A DNA stretch of 64,000 nucleotides from a bacterium (lineage in GTDB: Bacteria; UBA8248), in assembly GCA_965202625.1 (NCBI GenBank), contig CBDBBI010000010.1:2656001-2720000 (forward strand). The letters run 5' to 3'. Made by a program: the position numbers and the translations under genes. The notes beneath the pieces are model-generated. The model was not told the origin of the DNA. It did not search any database and was given only the letters and a program-made list of their open reading frames with translations. Below, piece by piece: positions 54,004 to 64,000 of this stretch. Every line of letters begins with the position of its first letter. Positions within the stretch are counted from its first letter, which is position 1.

Positions 54004-54993
54004 GTGACCCACTCTGTTATTCTGGGAACAGGTTCTTATGTTCCTGAGAGAATCCTCTCCAACGCTGATCTGGAAAAGATGGTTGACACCAGCGACGAGT
54101 GGATTCGAGAGCGTACGGGAATCAGCGAGCGGCGTGTGGCGAAGCCTAGTGAGGCGACTTCCCATTTAGCGATTCGCGCTTCCAATCAGGCGCTGGAGGC
54201 GGCCGGCGTGATCGCCGATGACGTCGACCTCATCATTATGACCACTATCACGCCGGATACGATGTGCCCGGCCGCCGCCTGCTGGCTTCAGTCGCATATC
54301 GGGGCGAACAAGGCGGCAGCTTTCGACTTGAACGCGGCGTGCTCGGGCTTCGTCTACGGTCTTCAGGCGGCGGACGCGTATATTCGCTCGGAGATGGTGC
54401 GGACGGTGCTCTTGGTTTCCGCGGACGTGATGACACGGGTGACTAACTGGGAGGACAGGGGTACCTGCATTCTATGGGGCGATGGCGCGGGCGCCGTCGT
54501 TTTGGGGATGTCGCAGAATGGGCACAGAGGCGTCATGGGCTCCAGAATTTATAGCGACGGGAAAGAAGGGGAACTCATTCAGGTTCCCGGCGGCGGTTCG
54601 CGATTCGCCCCCATGACGCTGAACGATGTGCTCAACAAGGAGCATCTGTTGCAAATGAAGGGGCGTGAGACGTTCAAGACGGCTGTCCGCAATTTCTCGA
54701 ACGTATGCAATGAGACGCTTGAGCGCAGCGGCCTCACTTTGGACGACGTGGACGTGTTCATTCCGCATCAGGCGAATCTACGCATCATCGAAGCGGTGGC
54801 GCGCCGACTTGAATTGTCGATGGATAAAGTGATCGTTACTATTGGTAAATATGGCAACATGTCCGCGGCCACCATTCCGGTTGCGTTGGATGAGTCGGTG
54901 AGGGAAGGGAAAATCCGAAGTGGGGATAACGTGCTCATGGCCGCCTTCGGGGGAGGGCTCACTTGGGGCGCTGCTTTGGTCGAATGGAAATGA
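54004..54993 (+). CDS. fabH: Beta-ketoacyl-ACP synthase III
   Basis: DTSDEWI..RTGI, AACSGF, PHQANLRI, GNMSAA, FGGGLTWG. Confidence 0.97.
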   Translation: MTHSVILGTGSYVPERILSNADLEKMVDTSDEWIRERTGISERRVAKPSEATSHLAIRASNQALEAAGVIADDVDLIIMTTITPDTMCPAAACWLQSHIGANKAAAFDLNAACSGFVYGLQAADAYIRSEMVRTVLLVSADVMTRVTNWEDRGTCILWGDGAGAVVLGMSQNGHRGVMGSRIYSDGKEGELIQVPGGGSRFAPMTLNDVLNKEHLLQMKGRETFKTAVRNFSNVCNETLERSGLTLDDVDVFIPHQANLRIIEAVARRLELSMDKVIVTIGKYGNMSAATIPVALDESVREGKIRSGDNVLMAAFGGGLTWGAALVEWK

Positions 54994-55092
54994 TGCTGTC
55001 AACACCCGCGAAGGTTCCGCTCCGGTTTTATCCGTCCGCCTAAATACATTGTTTAACCCTTTGATGTTCACGTCATAGACAGGGGTTGGGAG

Positions 55093-56031
55093 ATGGGTGC
55101 GAAAATTGCATTTTTGTTTCCAGGCCAGGGTTCGCAGTATGTTGGAATGGGCAAAGGCTTTCACGATGCGTTTTCTTTTGCGCGGGAAGCTTATCAGCGC
55201 GCGAGCGACGTTCTGGGATGGAATCTTGCCAGGCTCAGTTTTGAAGGACCGAAGTCTAAATTGATGCTCACTTGCAACACACAGCCGGCGATTTTGGTGC
55301 ACAGCTATATCGCCTATTCTTTGCTCTGTGAGCGCGGTTTCGGGCCTGCTCTTGCCTTGGGACACAGCCTAGGGGAGTATTCCGCCCTTCTGGCGGCCGG
55401 TGCCATTGATTTTCAAACGACCCTTGAGTTGGTGAAGAAGAGGGGCCGCTTCATGCACGAGGCCGTCCCTGAGCGGGGTGGTGCCATGGCGGCGCTGCTC
55501 GGTGTAGAGAGAGAGGCCGCCGAGGTCATTTGCACGGAAGTGGAAGGCGTGGTGGAAGTTGCAAATTATAACGCCCCCGGCCAATATGTTCTCTCGGGAG
55601 ACAAGGGCGCGGTAGAATCGGCTGCGCGGCTGGCGAAGGACAGAGGCGCGCGAAAGGTGATCATGCTTCCGGTGGGAGCGCCCTTTCACTGTTCTTTGTT
55701 GAGCGAAGCCGCCAGGCGCATGAGCGAGGTTCTCGACGAAGCGGACATCGCTGATCCAGCCATCCCCGTTTATGTGAACGTGACGGCACAACCGGTGCGG
55801 GAGGGCAAACGAATACGAGAGTTGCTCAAACGACAGATTCACTCTGCCGTACGCTGGGAGGACGCCGTGCGCGCGGCGGGCGAGGAGAAGCCGGACGTAG
55901 TGGTGGAATTGGGGCCCGGAAAAGTGCTTTCGGGATTGACTAGGCGGATATTGAAAGGTATGCCGACCTACAATGTTGAAGACGCGCGGAGTCTGGAAAA
56001 GACGGTTTTGGCCCTGGACGCGGTCGCCTAA
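55093..56031 (+). CDS. fabD: Malonyl-CoA:ACP transacylase
   Basis: FPGQGSQ, GHSLGEY, APFHC, GPGKVL. Confidence 0.97.
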   Translation: MGAKIAFLFPGQGSQYVGMGKGFHDAFSFAREAYQRASDVLGWNLARLSFEGPKSKLMLTCNTQPAILVHSYIAYSLLCERGFGPALALGHSLGEYSALLAAGAIDFQTTLELVKKRGRFMHEAVPERGGAMAALLGVEREAAEVICTEVEGVVEVANYNAPGQYVLSGDKGAVESAARLAKDRGARKVIMLPVGAPFHCSLLSEAARRMSEVLDEADIADPAIPVYVNVTAQPVREGKRIRELLKRQIHSAVRWEDAVRAAGEEKPDVVVELGPGKVLSGLTRRILKGMPTYNVEDARSLEKTVLALDAVA

Positions 56032-56203
56032 GTATCATGCACTTATGCGATGCTTCCCGGTGCCTGAATAGGATGAAGAGCGAAAGCGGATTTTGTGGAA
56101 CTTGGAGTGTGCGCCCAATCTACCGAAAGGTTATGGAATGCCCGCTTCTGTTGGGGAGGCGACTCCGTACAGGTTTGGAAAAAGGGTTTTTGGAGGAATC
56201 GGT

Positions 56204-56446
56204 GTGACGGACAATATAGAAGAGCAGATAAAAGAGATTATCGTTGAGCAGTTGAGTGTTGAGCCTGAAAAGGTAGTTCCGGAAGCTTCGTTTACGGATG
56301 ATTTAGGAGCCGATTCGCTGGATACCGTGGAGCTTGTCATGGCTTTCGAGGAAAAATTCGGTCTCGAGATACCCGATGAGGAAGCGGAAAAAATTTCCAA
56401 GGTGCAGGATGCGTATGACTATATCGCCAAGCTGTCTGAAGCCTAG
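56204..56446 (+). CDS. acpP: Acyl carrier protein
   Basis: [18 protein letters not shown]; GTG after GGAGG. Confidence 0.97.
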   Translation: MTDNIEEQIKEIIVEQLSVEPEKVVPEASFTDDLGADSLDTVELVMAFEEKFGLEIPDEEAEKISKVQDAYDYIAKLSEA

Positions 56447-56496
56447 CGAAGCAGCGTCGCACGAACTGAAGTTGATACATGGATTGAAGAGAACGC

Positions 56497-57774
56497 ATGG
56501 ATAGTCGAGGTTTGGTTAGATCTGACATTCGGGTCGTCGTTACAGGACTCGGACTGCTTACGCCCCTGGGTTTGTCGGTGGATGAAAACTGGGAGGCACT
56601 GATGCAAGGTCGCTCTGGCATCGGCAAGGTGTCCCGATTTTCTCCGCATCGCCTGGCGTCGAAGATCGTCGGCGAAGTCAAAGGCTTCGCGCCGGAGAAT
56701 TACCTCAGCCGTAAAGAACTCAAGAAGATGGACCCCTTTATCCAGTACGTCATCGCGGCCGCTCAGATGGCTTTTCAGGATGCGAACCTTGAAGTTCCGG
56801 ATCAGGAAGCGGCGGTGCGATATGGCGCCATTATTGGCGTGGGCCTTGGCGGTTTGCCCGCCATCGAGGCGAACAAGGAGATACTGCGAACGAGGGATCC
56901 TTCGCGCATTAGCCCTTTCTTCATTCCCATGTTGTTGGCGAACCTGGCCGCTGGTCAGGTTTCGATGCGCTGGGGACTGAAAGGGCCGAACAGCTGTGCC
57001 ACGACGGCGTGTGCGTCCGGCAATCACGCCATTGGAGATGCGATGAAGTGTATCCAGCGCGGCGTGGCCGACGTCATGGTGGCCGGCGGCAGCGAATCGT
57101 GCATTACGGAGTTGGCGATGGCGGGGTTTTGCGCGATGCGGGCGCTTAGCACCCGCAACGACGACCCTGAGGGGGCGAGCCGTCCTTTTGACGTGGACCG
57201 CGACGGTTTCGTGATGGCGGAGGGAGCGGGCGTTGTGATTCTGGAGCGCTATGAGCATGCCATGGCGCGCGGAGCGAGCGTTTACGCCGAACTCAGCGGA
57301 TATGGGTTGACTTCCGACGCGCACCACATTACCTCTCCTGACCCGGGTGGTGACGGAGCGGCTCGCTGCATGGACATGGCGCTCAGCGACGCGGGAGTGG
57401 TGCCCGAGGCCGTGAACTACATCAACGCGCATGGTACGTCCACAGGCACGGGAGACAAACTCGAAACGACGGCCATCAAAAAAACGTTTGGCGAACACGC
57501 TTACGAGCTCAGCGTTAGCTCCACGAAATCCATGACGGGCCACCTTCTCGGTGCTGCGGGAGGCGTCGAGTCCGTGTTTACTATATTGACGCTGAAGAAC
57601 CAGCGCATTCCTCCTACCATCAATCTGAACGCCCCAGATCCGGAATGCGATCTTGACTACGTACCCAATTCGCCCCGGGAAGCGGACATCGGTTGTGCTC
57701 TCACAAACTCCTTTGGATTCGGGGGAACCAACGCTTCGCTCCTTTTCACGAGAGCGGCGAACGGCTCGGCCTGA
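56497..57774 (+). CDS. fabF: Beta-ketoacyl-ACP synthase II
   Basis: TACASG, NAHGTST, KSMTGHLLGAAG, NSFGFGGTN. Confidence 0.97.
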   Translation: MDSRGLVRSDIRVVVTGLGLLTPLGLSVDENWEALMQGRSGIGKVSRFSPHRLASKIVGEVKGFAPENYLSRKELKKMDPFIQYVIAAAQMAFQDANLEVPDQEAAVRYGAIIGVGLGGLPAIEANKEILRTRDPSRISPFFIPMLLANLAAGQVSMRWGLKGPNSCATTACASGNHAIGDAMKCIQRGVADVMVAGGSESCITELAMAGFCAMRALSTRNDDPEGASRPFDVDRDGFVMAEGAGVVILERYEHAMARGASVYAELSGYGLTSDAHHITSPDPGGDGAARCMDMALSDAGVVPEAVNYINAHGTSTGTGDKLETTAIKKTFGEHAYELSVSSTKSMTGHLLGAAGGVESVFTILTLKNQRIPPTINLNAPDPECDLDYVPNSPREADIGCALTNSFGFGGTNASLLFTRAANGSA

Positions 57775-57823
57775 AGGGGGCGGGGACGGCTCCACCGACG
57801 CCGGCGAGAATGGGTCTTCCGTT

Positions 57824-58525
57824 GTGGGCGCGGCGGGGGGTACTAATCTGGATAAGATCGAAACCCAGATTGGGCATTCGTTCTCCAACAGGGAACTCCT
57901 CGTTCAGGCGCTGACGCATCGTTCCTTTTCTCAGGAAAGTACGTCCTCCGTCTCCGATAACGAGCGGCTTGAGTTTTTGGGCGACGCTGTCTTGCAGCTC
58001 ATCGTGACGGAAAGGCTTTGGAAGGATTTTCCGGCAGATGACGAGGGCGTTCTCACCCACATGCGCTCCGAGCGAGTGAATGGCCGCTCTCTTGCGAGCG
58101 TTTTCAGGTGCCATGGGTTTAGGGAATTTCTTCGTCTGGGCAAGGGCGAGGAGAAAACGGGAGGACGAAAGAAAACTTCCATTCAGGCGGGAGCGTTCGA
58201 GGCGTTGGTAGGTGCCATATACCTCGACGCCGGCTACGCTCGTTGCGCGCGATGGGCGAAATTGTGGTTTTGGGCATCAGGCATAGATAAAGAGGGCGTA
58301 TTGTCGCAGGATTTCAAGAGCCGCTTGCAACGTTTTGTCCAAAAAAAGGGCGGCAATCTGCCTACCTATCGCCTAGTGAGAGAAAGCGGGCCCGAGCACG
58401 AAAAAGAATTTGAGGTTCAGGTTCGCCTCGGGCGTAGGACAATGGGGCGCGGGCGCGGGATGAGCAAAAAAGCAGCCGAGCAGGAAGCTGCGCGCGAGGC
58501 AATTCGCAACCTTGGTGAATCCTAG
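57824..58525 (+). CDS. rnc: Ribonuclease III
   Basis: ALTHRS, NERLEFLGDAVL, FEALVGAIYLD, C-terminal dsRBD; start uncertain (GTG 57824 or CTG 57848). Confidence 0.95.
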   Translation: MGAAGGTNLDKIETQIGHSFSNRELLVQALTHRSFSQESTSSVSDNERLEFLGDAVLQLIVTERLWKDFPADDEGVLTHMRSERVNGRSLASVFRCHGFREFLRLGKGEEKTGGRKKTSIQAGAFEALVGAIYLDAGYARCARWAKLWFWASGIDKEGVLSQDFKSRLQRFVQKKGGNLPTYRLVRESGPEHEKEFEVQVRLGRRTMGRGRGMSKKAAEQEAAREAIRNLGES

Positions 58526-58665
58526 GAGGGCTCCCTCCCGGAAGGCGATGTTTTTGCTTTGCGAACCTGAGAAAATTTTGATAATTTGACGTTTCCTGCT
58601 GCCCTCGCGTTATTTCAGCACCGCCCCGTGATGATTAAATTCGCTCGCCCGCCGAGGTGTTGAGT

Positions 58666-61600
58666 TTGCGAGTCCAGCGCTTGGAGATGCAGGGGTTCAA
58701 GTCCTTTGTCGAGAAGACCGTAATCGAAATTGGAGAGGGTCTTACGGCCGTCGTCGGGCCTAACGGATGCGGCAAGAGCAACGTGTGCGATGCCGTTCGA
58801 TGGGTTTTGGGCGAGCAGGCGCCGAAAAACATGCGCTCGAAGAGGATGGAGGACGTCATCTTCAATGGCAGTGTCGAGCGCAAGCAGATCGGGATGTCCG
58901 AGGTCTCGCTCACCATCGCCGACCTAAAGGGTGTGGTGACGTCTCCCGCGTTCAAGGATTTTGACGAGATGGTGGTTACCCGCCGTCTGTATCGTTCCGG
59001 AGAGAGTGAGTATCTCATCAATCGCAATCCCTGCCGACTCAAAGACATCGTGGATTTGTTTCTCGATACAGGCGTCTCTCTCGACACTTTTTCCATCGTG
59101 GAGCAGGGCAAGATCGAAACTCTTGTGAACGCGCGGCCCATGGACAGGCGGATTTTGATTGAAGAGGCCGCCGGCATCATGAAATATAAGAACAGGCGAA
59201 ACGAGGCGCTGAGAAAGCTGGAGCTCGCGCAAGCGAACCTGCTTCGCGTGGCCGACATCATGCGCGAGAAAGAAACGCGCCTGCGCTCTTTGCGCCGCCA
59301 GGCGAGGAAGGCGATGTTTCACAAGGAATACCAGACCGAGAGTACCGCGCTTTCCTGCAGAATTCTGGCGCTCGACTACCTCCGGCTCGTGGATGAACTC
59401 TTTCCGGCGGAAAGGGCGCATGATCGCGTCAAGGGGGAGGAACAGGTGCTCCTGGCACGGCTATCCTCGCTGGAGGCCGAGAGAGAAAAGGAGCGCGTCT
59501 TGCTGGCCGAGCGATCGGAGGCGTTGGCGGAATCCCGCCGCCGGGCGGTGGAGATGGAGGGCTGTTTACAGAGCCTCGAGAATCGAGTCGAGATGCTTCA
59601 AAACCGTCTTCTGGAACTCGACGCGGAAGATGCGCGCCGCGCGGAGGAAATCCAATCCCTCGACGCGGAGGCCGTGAGCCTGGAGGAGGAGAGGGTTGGC
59701 CTCGCCAAGACCCTCGAGACGCTGGCGGCGCAGTCTGGTCGCGCCCGAGAGGAATATGACGTCAGCGCGGCGGAGCTGGCCGCCGTCCGCGTGCACCTGG
59801 GAGAGCTGGAGCAGTCACTCGACGAGGGCAGGCGCGCGCAAGCGGAGGAAAAGGAGCGTTTAAGTGCGACACGGCAGCGGATCGCTTCCCTTGAGTCGAG
59901 GCGCGAGGGTTTGGTCGAGTCTGTGAGGAGGATGGTCGCGGAGGCGGCAGGGATGCAGGAGCAGGTCGAATCGGCGCGATCCGACGCAAACGATGCGAGA
60001 GACCGGGCGGAGTCGTTGGACGCCTCCGAGCACCTCGCGAAACAGGAGCTGGAGCGGGTAGCTTTCGAGCATGATGGAATATCCCAATCTCTGCGCCGAC
60101 ATGAAGAATTCGCCGCCGGTGTGAAAGAATCCTTAATGGAGACGAAATCGACCCTCCTTGCCCTAGAAGGCGTTCTCTCTTCTGGCGGGGGCGGGACTGC
60201 GGACATGGAGGCGTTCAGGGCGTGCGGCGCCCAGGTGCTGGCGTCGTTGTCCGACCTCATTCGTGTGGAGCCGAAATTTGAAAGAGCGATCGAGGTGGCT
60301 CTGGGTGAGAAATTGCTGGGCGTGGTGGTGAATACTCCAGACGATGCGGTGAATGCGGTTCGTGCGCTAATGAACTCCGAGACCGGGCGTGGCGTGGTGC
60401 TGTCAATGGAGGTTGGCGCCCAACCGGGTATTCTCCTCTCCTCGGGAGAAGGCGTTCTGGGCGTGGCTGCGGATTTTGTTCGTTGCGATACGGATTGCCA
60501 GGCACTCGTTCAGTCGCTTCTGGGGAATGTGGCAGTGGCCGAGAATATCGATGCCGCACAGGCGGCGTGGTGCGGCGGGTTGCAGGGAGTCGTTTGTGTG
60601 ACCCTGACGGGGGAAATGATTCATGCGAATGGTGCTGCCGAAGGCGGACTGGCCCGGAATGAGGGATTCCTGGAGCGTTCCCGAAGGTGTGAGGAGATGC
60701 GCCAGGAGACCAAGCGCCTTGAAGAGCGGCTTCTCGCGTTGTCCCCGATCTCTCGAAAGCTGAGAGTGCAACTCGCGCAAGCGAAGCGAAGACGCCACCG
60801 TGCGGCGTGCGAGAATCAGCGTGCCGAGGTCATGCGCGTGGAGGCCGAGGGAATCCTTCGCCAGGCGGAGGACAGGCTCGGGGAGTTGGAAAGGCGGCTG
60901 GCCGCGCTCGAAACCGTGCGAGAGCAAGCGCGCGAGGACCAGGGGCGTCTCGTGGATGAAGTTCAGACGGCTAGAGAGGAAAGCCTGTGCTCCGAAGAGG
61001 CGGCTCAAGCGTTCTCTTCGCGTATTGAGGAGCTCGAAGGGAAAGTGGGCGACGCTGGCCGGCGGTGTGCGCAGGTCGAGGCGCGCGTCATGGACAGGAA
61101 GGTCTCCTTGACGGAAATCAATGGTCGAGCGGCGGGTGGTCGGGCCGAGTTACAGCGTCTTGTGGATGGATTGCGCCAGAATACGGCGCGCAAAATTCGC
61201 AGGGAGGAGGAACAAGACGAGTCGGGCGAGAAACGAAGGCATCTTGAGGAGATTCTCGCGCAAAGCGAGGAGGAGATTCTCGCGCTTCAGGGGGAGCGCG
61301 CCGAGGTGGCGGCCCGGCAAGCCGAGCGCGACGATGCCTTGCGTGCGGCGCAGTTGCGCGATGGGGAGCTGAGCGATTCGATTCACGCGACGAGAACGGA
61401 TGTGTCCGCTTTGCAGGACGAGGTGAGCACGGCGGCGGAGAGACGGACGACGCTTCGCGTGCGGCGCGAATCCATGGTGAAATCCGCTCAAGCGGAGCAT
61501 CGAGTCGATCTCGAGGAGACGGCCGAAGAGCGGCGGGAGGAACTCCCCCAATACCAGGAGATGGTCAATCGTTTGGCGATGCTGGAGCAGAGACTTGCCC

Positions 61601-62250
61601 GCATGGGAGAGGTGAACCCCCTAGCTGCGGAAGAGTATGATGAAATCAATCAGGAATATGCGTTTTTACAGGAACAGCAACAGGACCTGGAGGGCTCCAT
61701 CGCCGATCTTCACGCCACGATCGAGAAGCTGAACAAGACGACGAAGTCCCGCTTTCTGGGGGCGTTTGAGAAGGTGGGCGCCGCCTTCGCGGATATTTTT
61801 GGCCGTCTTTTCCAGGGGGGCGAAGCACGTATGTACCTCCTCGATGCAGATGACCCACTGGAGACGGGCGTCGACATTGAGGTGCGGCCGCCGGGTAAGC
61901 GTCCCTCGAACATCATGCTGCTCTCCGCCGGAGAGAAGGCGCTCACCGCGCTTTCCCTGTTGTTCGCAGTATTTAGCGTTCGGCCAAGTCCGTTTTGTAT
62001 TCTCGACGAGGTGGATGCCACTCTTGATGACGTCAACGTCGGACGCTTTCGGGAGGTGCTCGCCGCGCTCGAGGATCGGAGCCAGTTCATCATCATCACC
62101 CACAACAAGAAGACGATGTCCTACGCGAATCAACTCTACGGCGTGACGCAGAGGGAAAAGGGCGTTTCGGAGATCGTTTCCGTAAAACTGAACCATGAAG
62201 GCGCGAGGGTGAACGGCGTGGCGGATGCGGCGTTCGAGTCACGCGTTTAG
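58666..62250 (+). CDS. smc: Chromosome segregation protein SMC
   Basis: GFKSF, GPNGCGKSN, coiled coils, hinge GX6GX3GG, LSAGEK, LDEVDA, ITH. Confidence 0.97.
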   Translation: MRVQRLEMQGFKSFVEKTVIEIGEGLTAVVGPNGCGKSNVCDAVRWVLGEQAPKNMRSKRMEDVIFNGSVERKQIGMSEVSLTIADLKGVVTSPAFKDFDEMVVTRRLYRSGESEYLINRNPCRLKDIVDLFLDTGVSLDTFSIVEQGKIETLVNARPMDRRILIEEAAGIMKYKNRRNEALRKLELAQANLLRVADIMREKETRLRSLRRQARKAMFHKEYQTESTALSCRILALDYLRLVDELFPAERAHDRVKGEEQVLLARLSSLEAEREKERVLLAERSEALAESRRRAVEMEGCLQSLENRVEMLQNRLLELDAEDARRAEEIQSLDAEAVSLEEERVGLAKTLETLAAQSGRAREEYDVSAAELAAVRVHLGELEQSLDEGRRAQAEEKERLSATRQRIASLESRREGLVESVRRMVAEAAGMQEQVESARSDANDARDRAESLDASEHLAKQELERVAFEHDGISQSLRRHEEFAAGVKESLMETKSTLLALEGVLSSGGGGTADMEAFRACGAQVLASLSDLIRVEPKFERAIEVALGEKLLGVVVNTPDDAVNAVRALMNSETGRGVVLSMEVGAQPGILLSSGEGVLGVAADFVRCDTDCQALVQSLLGNVAVAENIDAAQAAWCGGLQGVVCVTLTGEMIHANGAAEGGLARNEGFLERSRRCEEMRQETKRLEERLLALSPISRKLRVQLAQAKRRRHRAACENQRAEVMRVEAEGILRQAEDRLGELERRLAALETVREQAREDQGRLVDEVQTAREESLCSEEAAQAFSSRIEELEGKVGDAGRRCAQVEARVMDRKVSLTEINGRAAGGRAELQRLVDGLRQNTARKIRREEEQDESGEKRRHLEEILAQSEEEILALQGERAEVAARQAERDDALRAAQLRDGELSDSIHATRTDVSALQDEVSTAAERRTTLRVRRESMVKSAQAEHRVDLEETAEERREELPQYQEMVNRLAMLEQRLARMGEVNPLAAEEYDEINQEYAFLQEQQQDLEGSIADLHATIEKLNKTTKSRFLGAFEKVGAAFADIFGRLFQGGEARMYLLDADDPLETGVDIEVRPPGKRPSNIMLLSAGEKALTALSLLFAVFSVRPSPFCILDEVDATLDDVNVGRFREVLAALEDRSQFIIITHNKKTMSYANQLYGVTQREKGVSEIVSVKLNHEGARVNGVADAAFESRV

Positions 62251-62349
62251 GAGTCGTCCATATTTTTTCAGAGAGCGCTTCCTCTGGCCATGCCCCAGCG
62301 CCTTGGCGTCGGGGTTGGTTTTTCACGTGGCGTCGCGAAGGAGATAGCA

Positions 62350-63312
62350 TTGGCTTTTGGTTCTGGGGAGAAGGAAAGTCCGCAAGAGCCGGCCGGTGCA
62401 AAGGGCTGGTTTGGCAGACTGCGCGATGGCCTTGCGAAGACGCGCGGCGGTTTTCTCGCCCAGATGGACGACTTGCTCGCCGGACGGATGGATGAAGACA
62501 GGCTCGAGGAGTTGGAAGAAATTCTGTATATGGCGGATTTGGGGCCTCTTCTCGTCGAGATGCTGATGGAGAGGCTGAGAGTGAGAGAAGGTGCCGGGGT
62601 GGACGTGAAGGTGCGCGTCAAGGAAATGCTGCGTTCTTGTCTCGCGCGTCCCGCCCACCCACCCGCGTTTGCGCCGCAGGCCCCGCCGCCGGGCGAGCCC
62701 AGGGTCGTTTTGCTCGTGGGGGTAAATGGCACCGGAAAGACGACGACAGCAGGAAAACTAGCCGCGCGCCTCTTGGCCGAGAAGCGCAAGGCCATGCTCG
62801 CGGCGGGAGATACGTTTCGGGCCGCCGCCGGCGAGCAGCTGTCGGTATGGGCGGAGCGAAGCGGGTGCGAAGTCGTCCGCCACCAGGAGGGGGCGGATTC
62901 GTCTGCAGTGGTGTATGACGCTGTTCAGGCGGCGCGGGCGCGAGGTGTCGATGTGTTGTTCGTGGATACGGCAGGGCGTTTGCATACGAAAAAGAATCTG
63001 ATGGAGGAGCTGAAAAAGCTGAAGCGCGTGGCGGGGCGCCTCGTTGACGCGGCACCCCATGAGGTGCTCCTCGTTCTGGATGCGACGTCAGGACAAAACG
63101 CGCTCTCTCAGGTGCGGGAGTTTGGCCCGGCCCTGGGCGTGACGGGTCTCGTGCTCACCAAGCTCGACGGGACAGCCAAGGGCGGTGTGGCGTTAGGTGC
63201 CGCCTATGAGAGCGGCATACCGATACGATACGTGGGTGTGGGCGAATCGGCGGAAGACCTCATTGATTTTGATCCCGACGCTTTCATTGAGGCGATTTTC
63301 AGCGGGCGATAG
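62350..63312 (+). CDS. ftsY: Signal recognition particle receptor FtsY
   Basis: GVNGTGKTTT, DTFRAAA, DTAGR, TKLDGTAKGG; TTG after AAGGAG. Confidence 0.96.
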   Translation: MAFGSGEKESPQEPAGAKGWFGRLRDGLAKTRGGFLAQMDDLLAGRMDEDRLEELEEILYMADLGPLLVEMLMERLRVREGAGVDVKVRVKEMLRSCLARPAHPPAFAPQAPPPGEPRVVLLVGVNGTGKTTTAGKLAARLLAEKRKAMLAAGDTFRAAAGEQLSVWAERSGCEVVRHQEGADSSAVVYDAVQAARARGVDVLFVDTAGRLHTKKNLMEELKKLKRVAGRLVDAAPHEVLLVLDATSGQNALSQVREFGPALGVTGLVLTKLDGTAKGGVALGAAYESGIPIRYVGVGESAEDLIDFDPDAFIEAIFSGR

Positions 63313-63328
63313 CCGTTGGAATGGGGCC

Positions 63329-64000
63329 TCAGCCGTCTTTCAACATTTCTGGAAGGTTCGATTTTTCAGGGCAAGGCTCGGAGGGTTCTGTTCCTTTGAC
63401 GAAGGCTTCGAGTATCGGCTTTCCCTTGCACCAGACGGAGGGCAGATGCCCGGAGTGCGAATCTACCCTCACTAGGGAAACGCCCGGCGGCGGATCGGGG
63501 AGTCGAACGTCCGCATTCTTGTCTTTGAGCCAACTTTTCATCACGTCGATCCAGATGGGCAAGGCCGCGGTGGCACCAGATGCCTGGTATCCCATGTGCT
63601 TATTGTCGTCGCGGCCCACCCAGACGCCCACGACGAGGTCTTCCGAGAAGCCTATGAACCAGGCGTCTCGATACGCGTTCGTCGTGCCCGTTTTTCCGGC
63701 CACAAACGCGCCAATCCCTCCCGCCCTCCTTCCGGTCCCGTTCGTGACGACACCGCGCAGCAACATCTTTAATTGATATGCCGTCTCGGGCGGGATGGCG
63801 AGATGCGCCGTGGGGACGTTCTCCTCCAGTATTCGGCCGTTTCCGTCCGTGACTTTTGTGATTTCATAAGGCCGCGCATATACTCCCTGCGTGACGAACG
63901 GAATGTATGAGGCTGTGAATTCGTATGGCGTCACCTCAATCGATCCGAGCGCTAAGGAGAGATAGGGTCGCATCTTTGAGTGAATGCCGATTCGGCGCGC
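63329..64000 (-). CDS. Class A penicillin-binding protein (PBP1A-like), C-terminal part
   Basis: SLALGS, GTG, AGKTGTTN, DAWFIGF, VWVGRD; frame continues past the window edge. Confidence 0.9.
   Translation of the reverse strand, partial: ARRIGIHSKMRPYLSLALGSIEVTPYEFTASYIPFVTQGVYARPYEITKVTDGNGRILEENVPTAHLAIPPETAYQLKMLLRGVVTNGTGRRAGGIGAFVAGKTGTTNAYRDAWFIGFSEDLVVGVWVGRDDNKHMGYQASGATAALPIWIDVMKSWLKDKNADVRLPDPPPGVSLVRVDSHSGHLPSVWCKGKPILEAFVKGTEPSEPCPEKSNLPEMLKDG

Noticed and set aside
56443-57888. 481-aa minus-strand ORF opposite fabF (similarly 46351-47508 opposite cinA and many opposite rpoBC)
   Set aside because: Long antisense ORFs are expected from GC-rich codon bias; Arg/His-rich nonsense translation
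1-64000. CRISPR arrays, tRNA/rRNA/tmRNA/RNase P genes, transposases, integrases
   Set aside because: No regularly spaced repeats, cloverleaf/T-loop signatures, or DDE/tyrosine recombinase motifs seen by eye; a covariance-model scan was not possible

Overview
GC-rich bacterial chromosome segment. Positions 1-30.5 kb hold the rif/str/S10/spc/alpha ribosomal protein and RNA polymerase supercluster on the + strand: partial rplA, rplJL, rpoBC, rpsLG-fusA-tuf, rpsJ through rplQ, and rpmJ, which the ORF track misses. Positions 30.5-48.8 kb are an accessory metabolic region. It contains a thioesterase, ald, an orphan insert, a GntR-linked Na+-translocating acyl-CoA decarboxylase operon with a class III CoA-transferase, an HMG-CoA-lyase-like gene, two pseudogenes, hpt, an Fe-ADH, a MocA-like gene, a cyclase, a flavin reductase, a HAD hydrolase, a GATase and cinA. 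Positions 48.8-64 kb hold an M23 peptidase, a gamma-CA, ppx, yceD-rpmF-plsX-fabH-fabD-acpP-fabF (no fabG), rnc-smc-ftsY and the 3' end of a class A PBP gene. The most unusual observations are: (i) a foreign ~100-aa domain fused in frame into the C-terminal tail of ribosomal protein S5, now broken by two TAA stops and a frameshift; (ii) the self-contained CoA-transferase plus Na+-pump decarboxylase operon with a palindromic operator; (iii) extreme G/T skew confined to tuf; (iv) a ~500-nt intergenic fold-back; (v) a Cys-depleted RpoB insertion, an Arg-rich IF-1 extension and a CinA with a degenerate deamidase domain. I saw no rRNA, tRNA, CRISPR array or intact mobile element. A Nitrospinota/Tectomicrobia-like lineage is only an inference from the RpoB insertion and gene order. 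All calls are by motif recognition, with no database searches.
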